DNA from: Sphingobacteriia bacterium
GTDB taxonomy: Bacteria > Bacteroidota > Bacteroidia > J057 > RFSG01
DNA length: 64,000 nucleotides
Direction of reading: 5' to 3'
Assembly: GCA_009924095.1 (NCBI GenBank)
Contig: RFSG01000002.1
Span: forward strand, 180-64,179
The translations under genes and the position numbers were made by a program. Below are positions 20,283-31,611 of this stretch, in pieces. Every line of letters begins with the position of its first letter. Within the stretch, counting starts at the first letter, position 1. Under the pieces are notes generated by a model, which saw nothing but the letters and a program-made list of their open reading frames with translations, was not told the origin of the DNA and did not search any database.

Positions 20283-21512
20283 TTAGTTATGAGAGTAAAG
20301 TGTGACAGTTGATTTTTTAAGCTTTCCAGCTACTGCTATTTTATCTTTTCCAGGGTTAGCTGGAATTGCTGAATCTTGTGAAGTACTATCTTGTGCCGGA
20401 GCAGTAGCATTAACAGGTATTACAGCTGCAGGTGCTTCGGGTTCAAAATAAGGCTTTTGTTTTCTTAACCATTCTTTATACTCAGCCTCAGTAACTACTA
20501 CCACAGTACGCTTCATAGAGAAATGACCTCTTCCACAGATTTCTGTGCAAGCTAATTCGTAATTAAAGTTTTCATTTTTTAGCATCGTACGCATTTCTTT
20601 GGTAGTCTTAATTGGGGTAAACCAAAATTGAGTAGGCATCCCAGGAACCGCATCCATTTTAACTCTGAAGTGAGGTAAATAAACGGAATGTAATACATCT
20701 CTAGCTCTAATCTTTAATAACACTGGACGATTCACTGGCATATAAATTTCGCCTGGCATTACATCATCTTTACCGCTCTCATCACTCCAATCAAAGCCTA
20801 ATTCATTGGTTGCAGAAATCATTCTGAAATTTGTTTTACCAAATTTATCATCACTTCCTGCATACCGAATATTCCAGGCAAATTGTTTTCCAGTTAATTC
20901 AATTTCAATTGCATCTTCTGGAGGAGGAGACATGATTGAATTCCAATTTTTGGCTCCATCTAATACTAATACAGTAAGCACAATTGCCGGAGCAATAGTC
21001 CACATCATCTCTAATTTATTATTGTCAGGATAATAAATTGCTTTACGATTTTCTTTCCAACGATTATTATACGTAAACCAAACCAATAATAAGTGGGTGA
21101 TGATAACCACAATACCTGTAACCAATAAGGTTAGGTTAAACATTTTATCTAAGTTAATTCCATGTGCGGAAGCGGATTCGGGGAGATATAAACTTCTTAA
21201 ACCGAAAGAGTAATAAAGTGCTAGGATTATTCCCACTAAAACAAATCCTGCAAGTATTCTTGCGTTTAAGGTATTAAAATCTACTCTTGCAAATGGATCA
21301 CTATCTCTAAGATTAAATACCATTCTTAGGATATTTAAGGCTAGTACTACCGTTAGTAGTAGCAAACCTTTTAGGGCCATCATCATGAAATCTAAATTTT
21401 CCTGATTTAAAACTGGAGCAGCATCCTGCGCCTGCAACAAGGAAAACGGAAGGCACATCAGTATCCAAACGATTAGGAAGATGCGGTGGGTACGAAGGAA
21501 TTCAATAATCAT
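20283..21512 (-). CDS. ctaC: Cytochrome c oxidase subunit II (CuA site, no heme c motif)
   Basis: 409 aa with the CuA motif HS......CTEICGRGHFSM. I saw no CxxCH. The C-terminal tail is Pro/Ala/Ser-rich. Confidence 0.9.
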   Translation of the reverse strand: MIIEFLRTHRIFLIVWILMCLPFSLLQAQDAAPVLNQENLDFMMMALKGLLLLTVVLALNILRMVFNLRDSDPFARVDFNTLNARILAGFVLVGIILALYYSFGLRSLYLPESASAHGINLDKMFNLTLLVTGIVVIITHLLLVWFTYNNRWKENRKAIYYPDNNKLEMMWTIAPAIVLTVLVLDGAKNWNSIMSPPPEDAIEIELTGKQFAWNIRYAGSDDKFGKTNFRMISATNELGFDWSDESGKDDVMPGEIYMPVNRPVLLKIRARDVLHSVYLPHFRVKMDAVPGMPTQFWFTPIKTTKEMRTMLKNENFNYELACTEICGRGHFSMKRTVVVVTEAEYKEWLRKQKPYFEPEAPAAVIPVNATAPAQDSTSQDSAIPANPGKDKIAVAGKLKKSTVTLYSHN

Positions 21513-21538
21513 GTGATTGAAGTAGTGAAGATGTAAAG

Positions 21539-21838
21539 TTATTTTTTTCTTAGTTTAAACCATACATTGGTTAAGGTTGCACTAATTATTCCTAGCGCAC
21601 AAGAAGCTAATAAGCCATAAGCAAGATTTCCTTCATCCCCTAAAAAGGATAATGCTGGAATGATTTCAAAAATTCTTTCCCACTTGGTCCAACGGGATGC
21701 TAAACGGATTCCATCATACAAGGGATTAAACTCCGGTAATATCATAAATACTCCAATTCCTCCGAATAAACTGGTTAGGGTTAGAGAGGGTTGATGATTT
21801 ATTTCAATTTCCGGTTTGGATTGCATAAAGCACTTCAC
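21539..21838 (-). CDS. Hypothetical small membrane protein
   Basis: 99-aa ORF with two hydrophobic segments, just upstream of ctaC. No recognisable motif. Confidence 0.35.
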   Translation of the reverse strand: MKCFMQSKPEIEINHQPSLTLTSLFGGIGVFMILPEFNPLYDGIRLASRWTKWERIFEIIPALSFLGDEGNLAYGLLASCALGIISATLTNVWFKLRKK

Positions 21839-21927
21839 TTGTATTCCACAAAAATAGCAAGCCCCACCGGATTCCTTTTCACATTCCTATGAAAAATTTG
21901 GGGGAACTGTCTTATTTTAAATTCATT

Positions 21928-22977
21928 CTAAATTAAATCTTGCCGAATTACATTCCATCCTCCGGTTAAACTCACACAAAACCTCCTCGGCTTTGGGTCT
22001 TTCAATCGGGAAATCAAAGCATTAGAAATTTTCCCTTGTTCACAAATTAAAATTACCCGCTCTGGAAAATTTTTATCCTCCATTTCCATTATTTCTTGCA
22101 CATCTTTTTTTTCATGTGGAAAAGGAAGCTCGTCAGTGGAAAAAGGACGAATATCCCATATTGGGGGGGCAGAATGATTTTGAAGTTTTGCTTTTAACTC
22201 AGTCCAGGAAATTTGAGCAACAGCTTCCGAATCTTTGTTTACACTTTTATAGTTCACACATTCCGGATTACAAACTGTATTTCGTTCCACCTGAAAATGA
22301 AGTATCCTATTCGTTTGTAAATCCCATCGGATCATCTTGCCAAAATTGGGCGCTTCAGGATTTAATAAATATTGAATGCCTAACCAAGACATATAATTTC
22401 CAATCATTGCAGGTAAAGGTCCTGCCACGCCTGCAGTGTCGCAGGTTAATTCCTCCTGAGGAAAGTCAGGATATAAACAAGTATAACAAGCTCTTTCAAG
22501 TGGATCCCATATCCCCGCTTCTGCGGTATAGCCTAAAACTGAACCGTACAACCATGGAATCTTTAATGCTCTGGCGGTTTGATTGATCAACGCTTTGGCT
22601 TGAAAGGTATCCGTCCCATCGAAAATTAAGTTAACCCGACGCTCTAAAGGAGAACCAATAAACTTAAAGGGTTGTATGTTGATTTTTATATCAGGCCTGA
22701 GCGCTATGATTTTACGTTTCAGGACTTCAACTTTCAATTGACCAACATCTTCTTGGGAAAAAAAATACTGTCGGTGTAAATTATTGAGATTAATCGTGTC
22801 AGGATCGGTAAGGGTTAATTCCCCAATCCCAGCTGCTGCTAAAGCTAATGCTCCTGGTCCTCCTAATCCTCCACAACCAATTACCCAAATATGCGATTGT
22901 GATAATTTTAATTGTCCTGATTCCCCCCATCCTGGCAATATAAGTTGACGGTCATATCTAGTATTAGAATCAGACAT
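21928..22977 (-). CDS. ThiF/MoeB/HesA-family adenylyltransferase with C-terminal rhodanese-like domain
   Basis: 349 aa with RYDRQL, GCGGLGG nucleotide loop, CxxC pairs (CYTC, CNPEC), and a C-terminal ILICEQGKIS rhodanese-type loop. Confidence 0.85.
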   Translation of the reverse strand: MSDSNTRYDRQLILPGWGESGQLKLSQSHIWVIGCGGLGGPGALALAAAGIGELTLTDPDTINLNNLHRQYFFSQEDVGQLKVEVLKRKIIALRPDIKINIQPFKFIGSPLERRVNLIFDGTDTFQAKALINQTARALKIPWLYGSVLGYTAEAGIWDPLERACYTCLYPDFPQEELTCDTAGVAGPLPAMIGNYMSWLGIQYLLNPEAPNFGKMIRWDLQTNRILHFQVERNTVCNPECVNYKSVNKDSEAVAQISWTELKAKLQNHSAPPIWDIRPFSTDELPFPHEKKDVQEIMEMEDKNFPERVILICEQGKISNALISRLKDPKPRRFCVSLTGGWNVIRQDLI

Positions 22978-23042
22978 GGATTTAATTTCTTACTGTGTTA
23001 ATCAATAAAAATAAAAAACCAGAATAAACTCAAAGGTTGAGT

Positions 23043-23453
23043 TTATCGGAACATAGACTTAATACTACCCCAGGTTCTTTGGGCAGAAGTTGGATTCAGG
23101 GTAATAAAGGTGTCATAATAATAAGGAACACCTTGTTTAAGAATGGTTAATCGGTATTGAATGGTTTTTGGCGAAGATTTAAAAATGGTTTGATCCATAT
23201 AATCATACACCCATTTATTGGAAATAAAATTTAGAGAGGTAACTGTTTGAAAACCCGGTTCCCCATTCATTTTTCGTTGGATAATAAATTCAGATATTCC
23301 TGACCCGGGTTTAACCTCCCAGTTTAAAATAACATCTGTACCTAATGAAGTAGCATAAAATTTTTGAATTAAGTATTCTTGTGAATAGGCTTTACCTTGA
23401 AGTAAAAACAACAGGATAAATCCTAACATCCCAACAAGGGTAATTCGGTTCAT
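23043..23453 (-). CDS. Hypothetical secreted protein
   Basis: 136 aa with a clear signal peptide (LLFLLQGKAYSQ). No recognised domain. Confidence 0.5.
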   Translation of the reverse strand: MNRITLVGMLGFILLFLLQGKAYSQEYLIQKFYATSLGTDVILNWEVKPGSGISEFIIQRKMNGEPGFQTVTSLNFISNKWVYDYMDQTIFKSSPKTIQYRLTILKQGVPYYYDTFITLNPTSAQRTWGSIKSMFR

Positions 23454-23473
23454 AGACCTAAAGATAATATTTT

Positions 23474-24778
23474 TTATTTTTTTACTTTAAAATCTTCTGG
23501 TTCGGGGATTTCTTTTCCTTGTTCATCAAACCATTTCCAGGTACCTTCTTTTCGGAAACCTTTTTCCATGAACCCTTTTCCTATGATTTTTCCACTAGGG
23601 TAATAAAATTCCCAATCGCCATGTTGAACTTCCCTTTCCAGAGGACCTTTACCGCTTAATTGTCCTTCTTGGTTATAAATCTTTAAGATACCCGTAACAT
23701 CTCCATCCTTATACATTCCTTCTTGGGCTTTATTTCCATTTTCATGATATAAGGTAAAAACCCCTTGTGCACGATCCGCTTCAAAAAAACCTTCATCCGA
23801 TTTTAATCCCGTTGGAAAATATCTAGTGTAAGGTCCATTCCTTAATCCTCCTAAAAAAGAAATTTCTTCATATACTTTTCCATTATCAAAATAATTTCTA
23901 GAAATACCGGTTAATTTCCCATCTCTATAAGTAAAATCACTGATTTTATTTCCACTGGAATCAAATCTGCTAACAATACTGTCTAAATAATTATTTATAT
24001 ATAACCCCGTTTCTCTAATTTTTTTATTGGGATGATAAACGTAATAAATTCCAGATTTAAGTCCATTTACCCAATGGGTGGTACTAAATAAATTTCCCAA
24101 AGAATCAAAGACTTCTACTTTTCCATTTACGGCTCCATTAGTATAAACTGCTTTAGATTTCGGAGCACCATCTCCATAAAATAATTCCCATTCTCCACAG
24201 GGAAGATCGTCACAATAATTCCCTTTGGTTACGATTACTCCCGCTTTATTTAAGGATTGATAGGTTCCTGATTTTCTATCTTTGGAAAAATGGCTAATAA
24301 TTTGGGGTTGTCCTTCGGGGTAAAATTCAATAAATTTCCCATCTTTAATATCATCAGCATAATTTACTTCTGATTTTAATTTCCCTTCTTCATCATACCA
24401 TTTTCCTAATCCTTCTTTTTTTCCTTTGGAATAATTAATTTCAGATAATAATACGGCTGAATCATCCCATTCCCGAGTAATTCCTTCTTTTTCACCATTT
24501 TTATAATTTATTTCAAAGGCAATATTTCCTTCTTCATTAAATATTTGCCACAAACCCTCCCGTAAATTTTGTTTATAATTTCCTTTTTTTTCAGGTAATC
24601 CATTTTCATAATAAGAAAGATAAAATCCTTCTTTTATTCCTTGTGGGGTTTGTAAATACATTTCATGAACTACTGTAGATTGTTTATCATAGTAAGTGAA
24701 TGCAGTATCTACTTGTGCGATGATTAATTCAGGAATAATAAAAATTCCAAGAATTAGGAAAAGAGTTATTTTTTTCAT
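23474..24778 (-). CDS. MORN-repeat-variant protein (YwqK-like), secreted/periplasmic
   Basis: 434 aa with a signal peptide, then many G.W..(Y/F)..(N/D)G...E..Y..G..(D/E)G repeats. Confidence 0.8.
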   Translation of the reverse strand: MKKITLFLILGIFIIPELIIAQVDTAFTYYDKQSTVVHEMYLQTPQGIKEGFYLSYYENGLPEKKGNYKQNLREGLWQIFNEEGNIAFEINYKNGEKEGITREWDDSAVLLSEINYSKGKKEGLGKWYDEEGKLKSEVNYADDIKDGKFIEFYPEGQPQIISHFSKDRKSGTYQSLNKAGVIVTKGNYCDDLPCGEWELFYGDGAPKSKAVYTNGAVNGKVEVFDSLGNLFSTTHWVNGLKSGIYYVYHPNKKIRETGLYINNYLDSIVSRFDSSGNKISDFTYRDGKLTGISRNYFDNGKVYEEISFLGGLRNGPYTRYFPTGLKSDEGFFEADRAQGVFTLYHENGNKAQEGMYKDGDVTGILKIYNQEGQLSGKGPLEREVQHGDWEFYYPSGKIIGKGFMEKGFRKEGTWKWFDEQGKEIPEPEDFKVKK

Positions 24779-27700
24779 TTTTGTAAAGAATCAATAGGGG
24801 AGGACAAAGGAAATTTTGGAGGAGGTGCAGGGCTTAAATATTTTCGGGGATTCCATAATTCATTAAAGTGATTAAAATCTTTTCTATAAAAGAAACCTGC
24901 GCCCTGTGAAACTGCATTGTTTCCAGATAGTCCAATTTGTTCACGGTTAAATATTTCAAATGTTAAGGTTCCGGGATTTGGGTTTGTTTTTCTTCTTCTA
25001 AATGCACGTTTGGCTGCAGGTAATAATTTCACCTGCACATTTATATTTCCGATGGTCACATTAGAATTATTGGTTCCAGTAATTGCACCATTTCTTTCTA
25101 CGGTAATTCGATCATTAAACAATCGTGCCTGTAAAGCTAAAGTAATATTTTGAAATTGATTAGAAGAAATATTTGCTGTTAGATTATTACCAAAACTTTG
25201 AGATAACCAATAATTTAATTGATTAGATAATAATTCAGATAAGGATGAATTCACCCCATTTTCTCCTCTGGCTCCTCCTGTGCCTCCAGCGGTGGTTGCA
25301 CCGGCTGAACCTGTGCTATTATAAAATCTACTAAACAATAATAGAAAAAATACTTGTTGATTTAAGGATTGCGGATCTGCAGTAATTGCTTTTAGTTTTG
25401 AGGATACCTCTGCGGAGGCTTGGGAATTTAAATTTTGTGCATCAATATTTAAAGTTATTTCCGGCCCTAAAAGGGAACCCCGCATATTCAAAAGCACTCT
25501 CACCGGAATTCTATTGGTAGCCCCGGAATTAGGACCCATTAAATCTGCAACACTGGCAAATACTAAATAATAAGCAGTTACTTGCATGTTGGCATCATAG
25601 GGATTTCCTGTCCAGGTGATTCTACTTCCTTTATCAATAAAGAATTTTTTCTGAATCGTTCCATTTTGTAGCGTAAATAAATATTCCCCTTTTTCTATTT
25701 CATAATTTCCCCGCATGGTAAAATCTCCATCAGGAGTTATTTCTAATTCAATATTTCCCGTTCCTCTGGCTTCAATAATTTCACCCGTTCTTTCATCAAA
25801 TATAATTCTACACACCGCATCCGGCGTAGCATTTACCGTTATTTTTAATTCAAATCCGGATAAATTTAATTGCTGTCGAATATCTTCCTCAATCTTTCCT
25901 TCTTGTAAAAAAGTAACATAATCCAAAGAGGAACTTTCTGTATAATCGGTCAAGGGAATATTGATGATGGTTCCTGCACCCGTTTCCACAAAGGTGGTTA
26001 ATCGGATAGTTTCTAAATCCCCATCTATAGAAGCAACCCCATCTTTAATGATCATTTTTCCGTAAAACAAACTATTCTCTCCTTCTTTGGTATTAAATAC
26101 CATAAAATTTCGAATAGACTCTAATTCAATATTAAATTTAAAATCCCTGAATCCTTGATGATAAATATATCCCCGTAATTGTGCATAATTTTCTTCTGAA
26201 GTAACGCCTACTTTTCTTTCATCGTAAATTTTAATATTTAAGAAATTAATATTTCGATCATTAAAACGGATATTTCCAGTAAACCTATATCGAGTCTTGG
26301 TATAATCTACCATAAAAGAAACATCTTTAAAATACCCATTTCCGGTGATAATTGGTTTATCGAGGGTTCCTTTTGCCGTAAACTCATTTAATTCCACACT
26401 TCCTTTTAGATCATAAATTTGCCCTTCCATAAAGGGTTCCGCTAATTGCAAGGGTAAATTATAGGATACGAGTTTAAAATCTAAGGGAGAAGTTTTGTGA
26501 TTTAAATTATAATTTCCACTAATTTCTAACAGTTTTTTTCCATCTTTTTGTAAAGTGGCATCTAAGGACAATAAATTTAATTCCTGGTGCCAAACGGCAT
26601 TCATACCGATATCTCCATATTTTAATTTTCGAAATCCAAACTCATGCACATAGGCATATCCTTGAATAAATGGAGTTGTACGTAAATCATTGAGCATAAA
26701 CTGTGCATCAATTTTTCCTTCTAATCCTTGCTCTGATCCTGTAATTTGATCAATTGTTTTTAATTCTACTTTTTCAAGTTTAATGACCAATCCTTCTCCT
26801 TTTTTTTCGGTTAAGCTTCCGTAAACTTGAAGGGATTGCCCAGTATTGTCATCAATCTTTAAATTATCTATTAATAAATCTCCAGATGAGTTGTAATATA
26901 CAAATCGGTTTCTACCGGTAAAAGTCCACAAATTACCCGCTAAAAATAAAGAGGAATTATTGTCGGTTATACTAATTTCAATTTCATTGTTATTAAATTG
27001 GGTAACTCCTTGAATATTGATTTTATTATTAAACGAATCTTGTTCAGCATAAACCATAAATTCAATTTCTTTTCCCGACCAAATGGGTTCTATAGACACG
27101 TTTTGAAAACTTACTTGATTTTCAATAAATATTTCCCCTATCGTTATTTGCGATTGTGCCAATACATCACCAGTAGTAGCCGATTTAAAAAAATCTCCTG
27201 ATAAATTACAATTATAAACCTTTTGATTGGCCACTTTAAAGGAATCACTTGAAAAGGTAAAGGAGCATTGGTCCGTCGCACCCGTTTTAATTTCACTACT
27301 AAGTTGAGTTCCACTGGAAATTAATAGGGGTATTCTTAAAAATGATAATACAGGATCTATTTCTGCTAAGGATAGTTCAATACCCACAAATTGTTTTTGA
27401 ATAGAATCTTTTTTCTGTGAATAATATTTCTGGGTGACACTATCCTTATTATTAAAAAACATTATTGCTTCTTTTCCCAATCTGGAGAATACCTCTATAG
27501 ATTCTGTATATCCTTGTCCTAAATTAATCTCTGCAGATAATAAATCGCTTTTTATTTTTATGATTTCTTTATTTTCAGCCACTTGTTCCGCACGAATAAC
27601 TAATGGATCTAAAAATAAACTATCCACTCCTCTGCGATGAATTTGGGTTTCAAATATTCTAATGGTTCCTTCTATATCTTTTAATTGACTGCCTTCTAAA

Positions 27701-29460
27701 TCAATATTTAAAATAGAGGAGACAAATAAGGAATCTTGCGTTAATTCTAAGGCTTGTAAATTAACTTGTTGAATATCTCCCTTAATATCCACAGCATAAT
27801 AATCGGGTTTAAAGGTTAAATCTACTTGGGTATGTATAGTGCCTTTAGTATCTAATATATCCATGGGCCCAACTACTTTGTAGGGAGAGAAATCTAATTT
27901 GGTGATTAGGGAATCTAAGGAATATCCACTGATATCTGATTTAGTCACTTGTAATTCAATATTACCTTCTAATTCCGATAAGGAAATACCTTTTCCTTCC
28001 ACTTGACTAGAAAAATTTAAATGCGAAGAAATATCATTTCGATTTAATAAATAATTTAATTGTATTTCTCTTCCTTGAATCGCACCTGAATAGGTTAAGG
28101 AATTCTCTGGAAATTGTAAGTGTAATAAATCTGCCGATAGATTTCCAACAGGGGTAATAATTCGGGTGGACACAACAAAATCTTCAGGTAACCCGGTACA
28201 TTTTCCTTTTATACGCACTTCTTTTATTCGATTTATTTCCTCAGGGATTTTAACGGAACCAATTAACTGTTGTATTTCTGATATCTTAATAAAACTACTA
28301 TCCACCCCAATTTCAAATGACATGGGATTATCCGCAAGAATATCATTTATTCTAACTTTTGTATGAAGCCAACTATCCTCTCCTATACCTAATAATAAGG
28401 CTTGACTCTTCAGGTGATTAATATCTCCAGTTATTTTTCCGAATAAGGTAACGGCAGCATAAAAGGGTAATCGAGTAGGGGAGAAATAATTTAGGGTGGT
28501 AGGATGAACCTGTGAATTCCTAAACGTTACTTGCCAATCTTCCATTAAATTGGAATCAATTAAATCCGTTAAGGTTTTATTTTGTAAATGAATATCCGCA
28601 TCAATTCGGCTTCCTGTTGATTTAATTAAAGTGTTTTCTAATATAACAAATGGATAGGATTCATAACACGCTACGGTTATTAATGCTTTGGTAAATGGAT
28701 CCATAATTTCCATTTCCCGATTTGTAATTTGAGTAGAGGAAGTTAATTGGGTTTTAAAAGAATCTAAAACAAATCCTGACCATAGATCCCGGGTACATAA
28801 TTGACGAACTTGTGCATTTATATCTCCCGAATGCGATAAGGCAAAAGTTAAATCCGCTTGAATACTGTCTAATATTAAATGACTAAAATTTAATCCTTGT
28901 TTTACTTGAAATTCGCCTGGGTCACCAAATGAATCTAAATAGGTGAATTTTCCATCCCATAATAATAATTGTTCAATTTCTATTTTGGGTAAGGAAGTAG
29001 AGGTAGTGCTGGAATCTGAGTCTTCTCCTAATAGAAAATCTAAATTTAATACTCCAGTAGAATCTAAATGATATAATAAAAATCCTGGTTCTGTAAGTTC
29101 TATTTCTCGAACATGAATTAGTTTACCTTCTTTTTGTCCGCTCAACCACCCTGGAATGGAGGTTCGAATTAAACTCAGTTTTAATTCTTTTAATCGAATC
29201 ATGGGTTGAGATTGTTGATCCCAAATGGCAATATCTTTAATAACTAAATAATCCCAAAGGGCAAGTTCAATATGTCCAATTTGTACTCGAGTATTTAATT
29301 GTTCACTGAGAAATTCTTCTGCATACGGACGAATTTGATTTTGAATAAAGGAAAATCTAAGGGTATATAAAGCTGTTAAAAAAAGTACAATCAGCAGCAG
29401 AAAAAAATACATTCCACCCCTTAGTAATTTCAAAATATTTTTCAGCACAGGGTTCATCAA
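24775..29460 (-). CDS. TamB-like translocation/assembly module protein (DUF490 C-terminus)
   Basis: 1561 aa with a single N-terminal TM anchor, a long beta-rich body, and a TamB-like C-terminal region (GNYEIEKGEYLFT...KKFFIDKGSRITWTGNPYDANMQVTAYY). Confidence 0.78.
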   Translation of the reverse strand: MMNPVLKNILKLLRGGMYFFLLLIVLFLTALYTLRFSFIQNQIRPYAEEFLSEQLNTRVQIGHIELALWDYLVIKDIAIWDQQSQPMIRLKELKLSLIRTSIPGWLSGQKEGKLIHVREIELTEPGFLLYHLDSTGVLNLDFLLGEDSDSSTTSTSLPKIEIEQLLLWDGKFTYLDSFGDPGEFQVKQGLNFSHLILDSIQADLTFALSHSGDINAQVRQLCTRDLWSGFVLDSFKTQLTSSTQITNREMEIMDPFTKALITVACYESYPFVILENTLIKSTGSRIDADIHLQNKTLTDLIDSNLMEDWQVTFRNSQVHPTTLNYFSPTRLPFYAAVTLFGKITGDINHLKSQALLLGIGEDSWLHTKVRINDILADNPMSFEIGVDSSFIKISEIQQLIGSVKIPEEINRIKEVRIKGKCTGLPEDFVVSTRIITPVGNLSADLLHLQFPENSLTYSGAIQGREIQLNYLLNRNDISSHLNFSSQVEGKGISLSELEGNIELQVTKSDISGYSLDSLITKLDFSPYKVVGPMDILDTKGTIHTQVDLTFKPDYYAVDIKGDIQQVNLQALELTQDSLFVSSILNIDLEGSQLKDIEGTIRIFETQIHRRGVDSLFLDPLVIRAEQVAENKEIIKIKSDLLSAEINLGQGYTESIEVFSRLGKEAIMFFNNKDSVTQKYYSQKKDSIQKQFVGIELSLAEIDPVLSFLRIPLLISSGTQLSSEIKTGATDQCSFTFSSDSFKVANQKVYNCNLSGDFFKSATTGDVLAQSQITIGEIFIENQVSFQNVSIEPIWSGKEIEFMVYAEQDSFNNKINIQGVTQFNNNEIEISITDNNSSLFLAGNLWTFTGRNRFVYYNSSGDLLIDNLKIDDNTGQSLQVYGSLTEKKGEGLVIKLEKVELKTIDQITGSEQGLEGKIDAQFMLNDLRTTPFIQGYAYVHEFGFRKLKYGDIGMNAVWHQELNLLSLDATLQKDGKKLLEISGNYNLNHKTSPLDFKLVSYNLPLQLAEPFMEGQIYDLKGSVELNEFTAKGTLDKPIITGNGYFKDVSFMVDYTKTRYRFTGNIRFNDRNINFLNIKIYDERKVGVTSEENYAQLRGYIYHQGFRDFKFNIELESIRNFMVFNTKEGENSLFYGKMIIKDGVASIDGDLETIRLTTFVETGAGTIINIPLTDYTESSSLDYVTFLQEGKIEEDIRQQLNLSGFELKITVNATPDAVCRIIFDERTGEIIEARGTGNIELEITPDGDFTMRGNYEIEKGEYLFTLQNGTIQKKFFIDKGSRITWTGNPYDANMQVTAYYLVFASVADLMGPNSGATNRIPVRVLLNMRGSLLGPEITLNIDAQNLNSQASAEVSSKLKAITADPQSLNQQVFFLLLFSRFYNSTGSAGATTAGGTGGARGENGVNSSLSELLSNQLNYWLSQSFGNNLTANISSNQFQNITLALQARLFNDRITVERNGAITGTNNSNVTIGNINVQVKLLPAAKRAFRRRKTNPNPGTLTFEIFNREQIGLSGNNAVSQGAGFFYRKDFNHFNELWNPRKYLSPAPPPKFPLSSPIDSLQK

Positions 29461-29592
29461 CCGATTTCAGGAAAGAATAAGGCAGGTCATAATTTAAGAA
29501 CGAAAATAAGGATATATGCGCATCCCCACATTAGGAATTATGTAAAGCAAGGGGTTTTCAAGGATAGAATTAAAAGTAAAGAACAAGATTTG

Positions 29593-29600
29593 TAACTTTG
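29593..29600 (+). promoter_or_regulatory. Putative -7 promoter box TAACTTTG upstream of thrS
   Basis: Exact TAnnTTTG match 26 nt before the thrS TTG start. Confidence 0.3.
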
Positions 29601-29626
29601 CGACAACTTATTTTAATCCACCTGCT

Positions 29627-31585
29627 TTGATTCAGATTACCTTGCCAGATAAAAGTGTTCGGGAATTTCCAGAAGGAATTACCGGACATGAAATTGCCAA
29701 AAATATAAGCGAAGGATTAGCGCGGGATGTGCTTTCAATATCCGTAAACGGGGAAGTATGGGAAATTAATCGCCCCATTCATAATAATGCTGATGTACAA
29801 TTATTTACTTGGAAGGATTTAGAAGGAAAAGCTACCTTTTGGCATTCTTCCGCACATATCCTGGCAGAGGCGGTGGAAAGTTTATATCCCGGAGCAAAAT
29901 TTGGGATTGGACCTGCCATCGAAAATGGATTCTATTATGACATTGACTTCGGCGATCGGGTAATCTCTCCCGATGACCTTGAAAAAATCGAAAATCAATT
30001 CATGACCTTGGCTCGTTCTGGAGAAACCTTCTTGAGAAAAGATATATCCAAAGCAGATGCAATCGCCTATTTTACGGACAAGGGCGATGAATATAAACTT
30101 GAATTGTTAGAAGGATTGGAGGATGGAAACATTACGTTTTATCATTCCGGTAATTTTGTGGATTTATGTCGCGGTCCGCATATTCCAGATTCATCCGTTA
30201 TTAAAGCAGTCAAAATATTAAACATTGCCGGAGCTTATTGGAGAGGGGATGAAAAACGGAAGATGTTGACACGATTATATGCGATCACTTTTCCAAAACA
30301 AAAAGAACTCACTGAATATTTAGAGAAATTAGAAGAAGCCAAAAAGCGGGACCATCGTAAGCTCGGGCAACAGATGGAGTTATTTGCTTTTTCAGATAAG
30401 GTAGGAATGGGTTTACCCTTATGGCTACCCAAAGGAACTGCTTTACGGGAACGGCTAGAGAAGTTCCTGAGAAAGGTTCAGGTAGAAGAAGGATACGAAC
30501 CAGTTATAACGCCGCACATTGCGAAAAAGGAATTGTATGTGTGTTCGGGTCATTATGAAAAATATGGGAAAGATTCCTTTCAACCCATTCAAACGCCGCA
30601 AGAAGGGGAGGAGTTTTTCTTAAAACCAATGAATTGTCCCCATCATTGCGAGATATATAAATTTAAACCTCGTTCTTATCGGGATTTGCCCGTGCGCTTT
30701 TCGGAGTTCGGTACGGTTTATCGGTACGAACAAAGTGGGGAATTACATGGACTTACCCGGGTGAGAGGATTTACCCAGGATGATGCGCATATTTTCTGTA
30801 CTCCCGATCAGGTAAAAGGAGAGTTTCTTAAAGTTATAGATATTGTTCTATTGATTTTTAAGACTTTAGGATTTGAAGAATACGTTGCACAAATATCTCT
30901 TCGAGATCCTAATAATCGGGAAAAATATATTGGGGCAGATGAATTATGGGAGAAAGCGGAATCCGCCATTCAAGAAGCTTGTTTGGAGAAACAACTTCCC
31001 ACGGTAACAGTTTATGGAGAAGCAGCTTTTTATGGTCCTAAATTGGACTTTATGGTAAGGGATGCTTTAGGTAGGAAATGGCAATTGGGTACTATTCAAG
31101 TAGATTACAATTTGCCCGATCGTTTTGAATTGGAATATACAGGTGCCGATAATCAAAAACATCGTCCGGTAATGATTCACAGAGCGCCTTTTGGATCTTT
31201 GGAAAGATTTATTGCGGTGTTGTTAGAACATACCGCTGGGGATTTTCCTTTATGGTTGATTCCGGATCAGGTTATTTTGTTGCCCGTGAGTGAACGCTTT
31301 TCAGAATACACTAAAAAAGTTGCTGATATGCTGAAAATTTCAGATATTCGCACCCTCATTGACGACCGCAGTGAAAAGATTGGGCGGAAAATCCGAGATG
31401 CTGAAGTAGGTAAAATTCCTATGATGCTGATTATCGGAGAAAAAGAAATTGAAACGGAAACCGTTTCGGTTCGCCGCCATAAATCCGGAGATGTGGGCGT
31501 CATGAAATTGTCTGAGTTTGTCGAATATTTTAGGGAGGCAGAAATGATTTCCCGCAACCCTGAAGAAAAGCTACTTGATGCGTAA
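29627..31585 (+). CDS. thrS: Threonine--tRNA ligase
   Basis: 652 aa with a TGS N-terminus (MIQITLPD), an editing domain, class II core motifs and an anticodon-binding domain. Confidence 0.95.
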   Translation: MIQITLPDKSVREFPEGITGHEIAKNISEGLARDVLSISVNGEVWEINRPIHNNADVQLFTWKDLEGKATFWHSSAHILAEAVESLYPGAKFGIGPAIENGFYYDIDFGDRVISPDDLEKIENQFMTLARSGETFLRKDISKADAIAYFTDKGDEYKLELLEGLEDGNITFYHSGNFVDLCRGPHIPDSSVIKAVKILNIAGAYWRGDEKRKMLTRLYAITFPKQKELTEYLEKLEEAKKRDHRKLGQQMELFAFSDKVGMGLPLWLPKGTALRERLEKFLRKVQVEEGYEPVITPHIAKKELYVCSGHYEKYGKDSFQPIQTPQEGEEFFLKPMNCPHHCEIYKFKPRSYRDLPVRFSEFGTVYRYEQSGELHGLTRVRGFTQDDAHIFCTPDQVKGEFLKVIDIVLLIFKTLGFEEYVAQISLRDPNNREKYIGADELWEKAESAIQEACLEKQLPTVTVYGEAAFYGPKLDFMVRDALGRKWQLGTIQVDYNLPDRFELEYTGADNQKHRPVMIHRAPFGSLERFIAVLLEHTAGDFPLWLIPDQVILLPVSERFSEYTKKVADMLKISDIRTLIDDRSEKIGRKIRDAEVGKIPMMLIIGEKEIETETVSVRRHKSGDVGVMKLSEFVEYFREAEMISRNPEEKLLDA

Positions 31586-31611
31586 ATATCCTATCACTTG
31601 TTTCCTCCTGA

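Noticed and set aside
15196-22586. Nested antisense or alternative-frame ORFs inside the cox genes and moeB (for example 15239..15616, 16701..17162, 16819..17109, 19277..19480, 20806..21033, 22116..22586)
   Set aside because: All lie wholly within strongly supported genes on the opposite strand or in another frame. They have odd composition and no motifs. The same applies to the other short nested ORFs in the track, such as 4125..4364, 7954..8199, 11503..11730, 24917..28366, 31267..32155, 40411..42024, 53710..54027 and 61488..61757.
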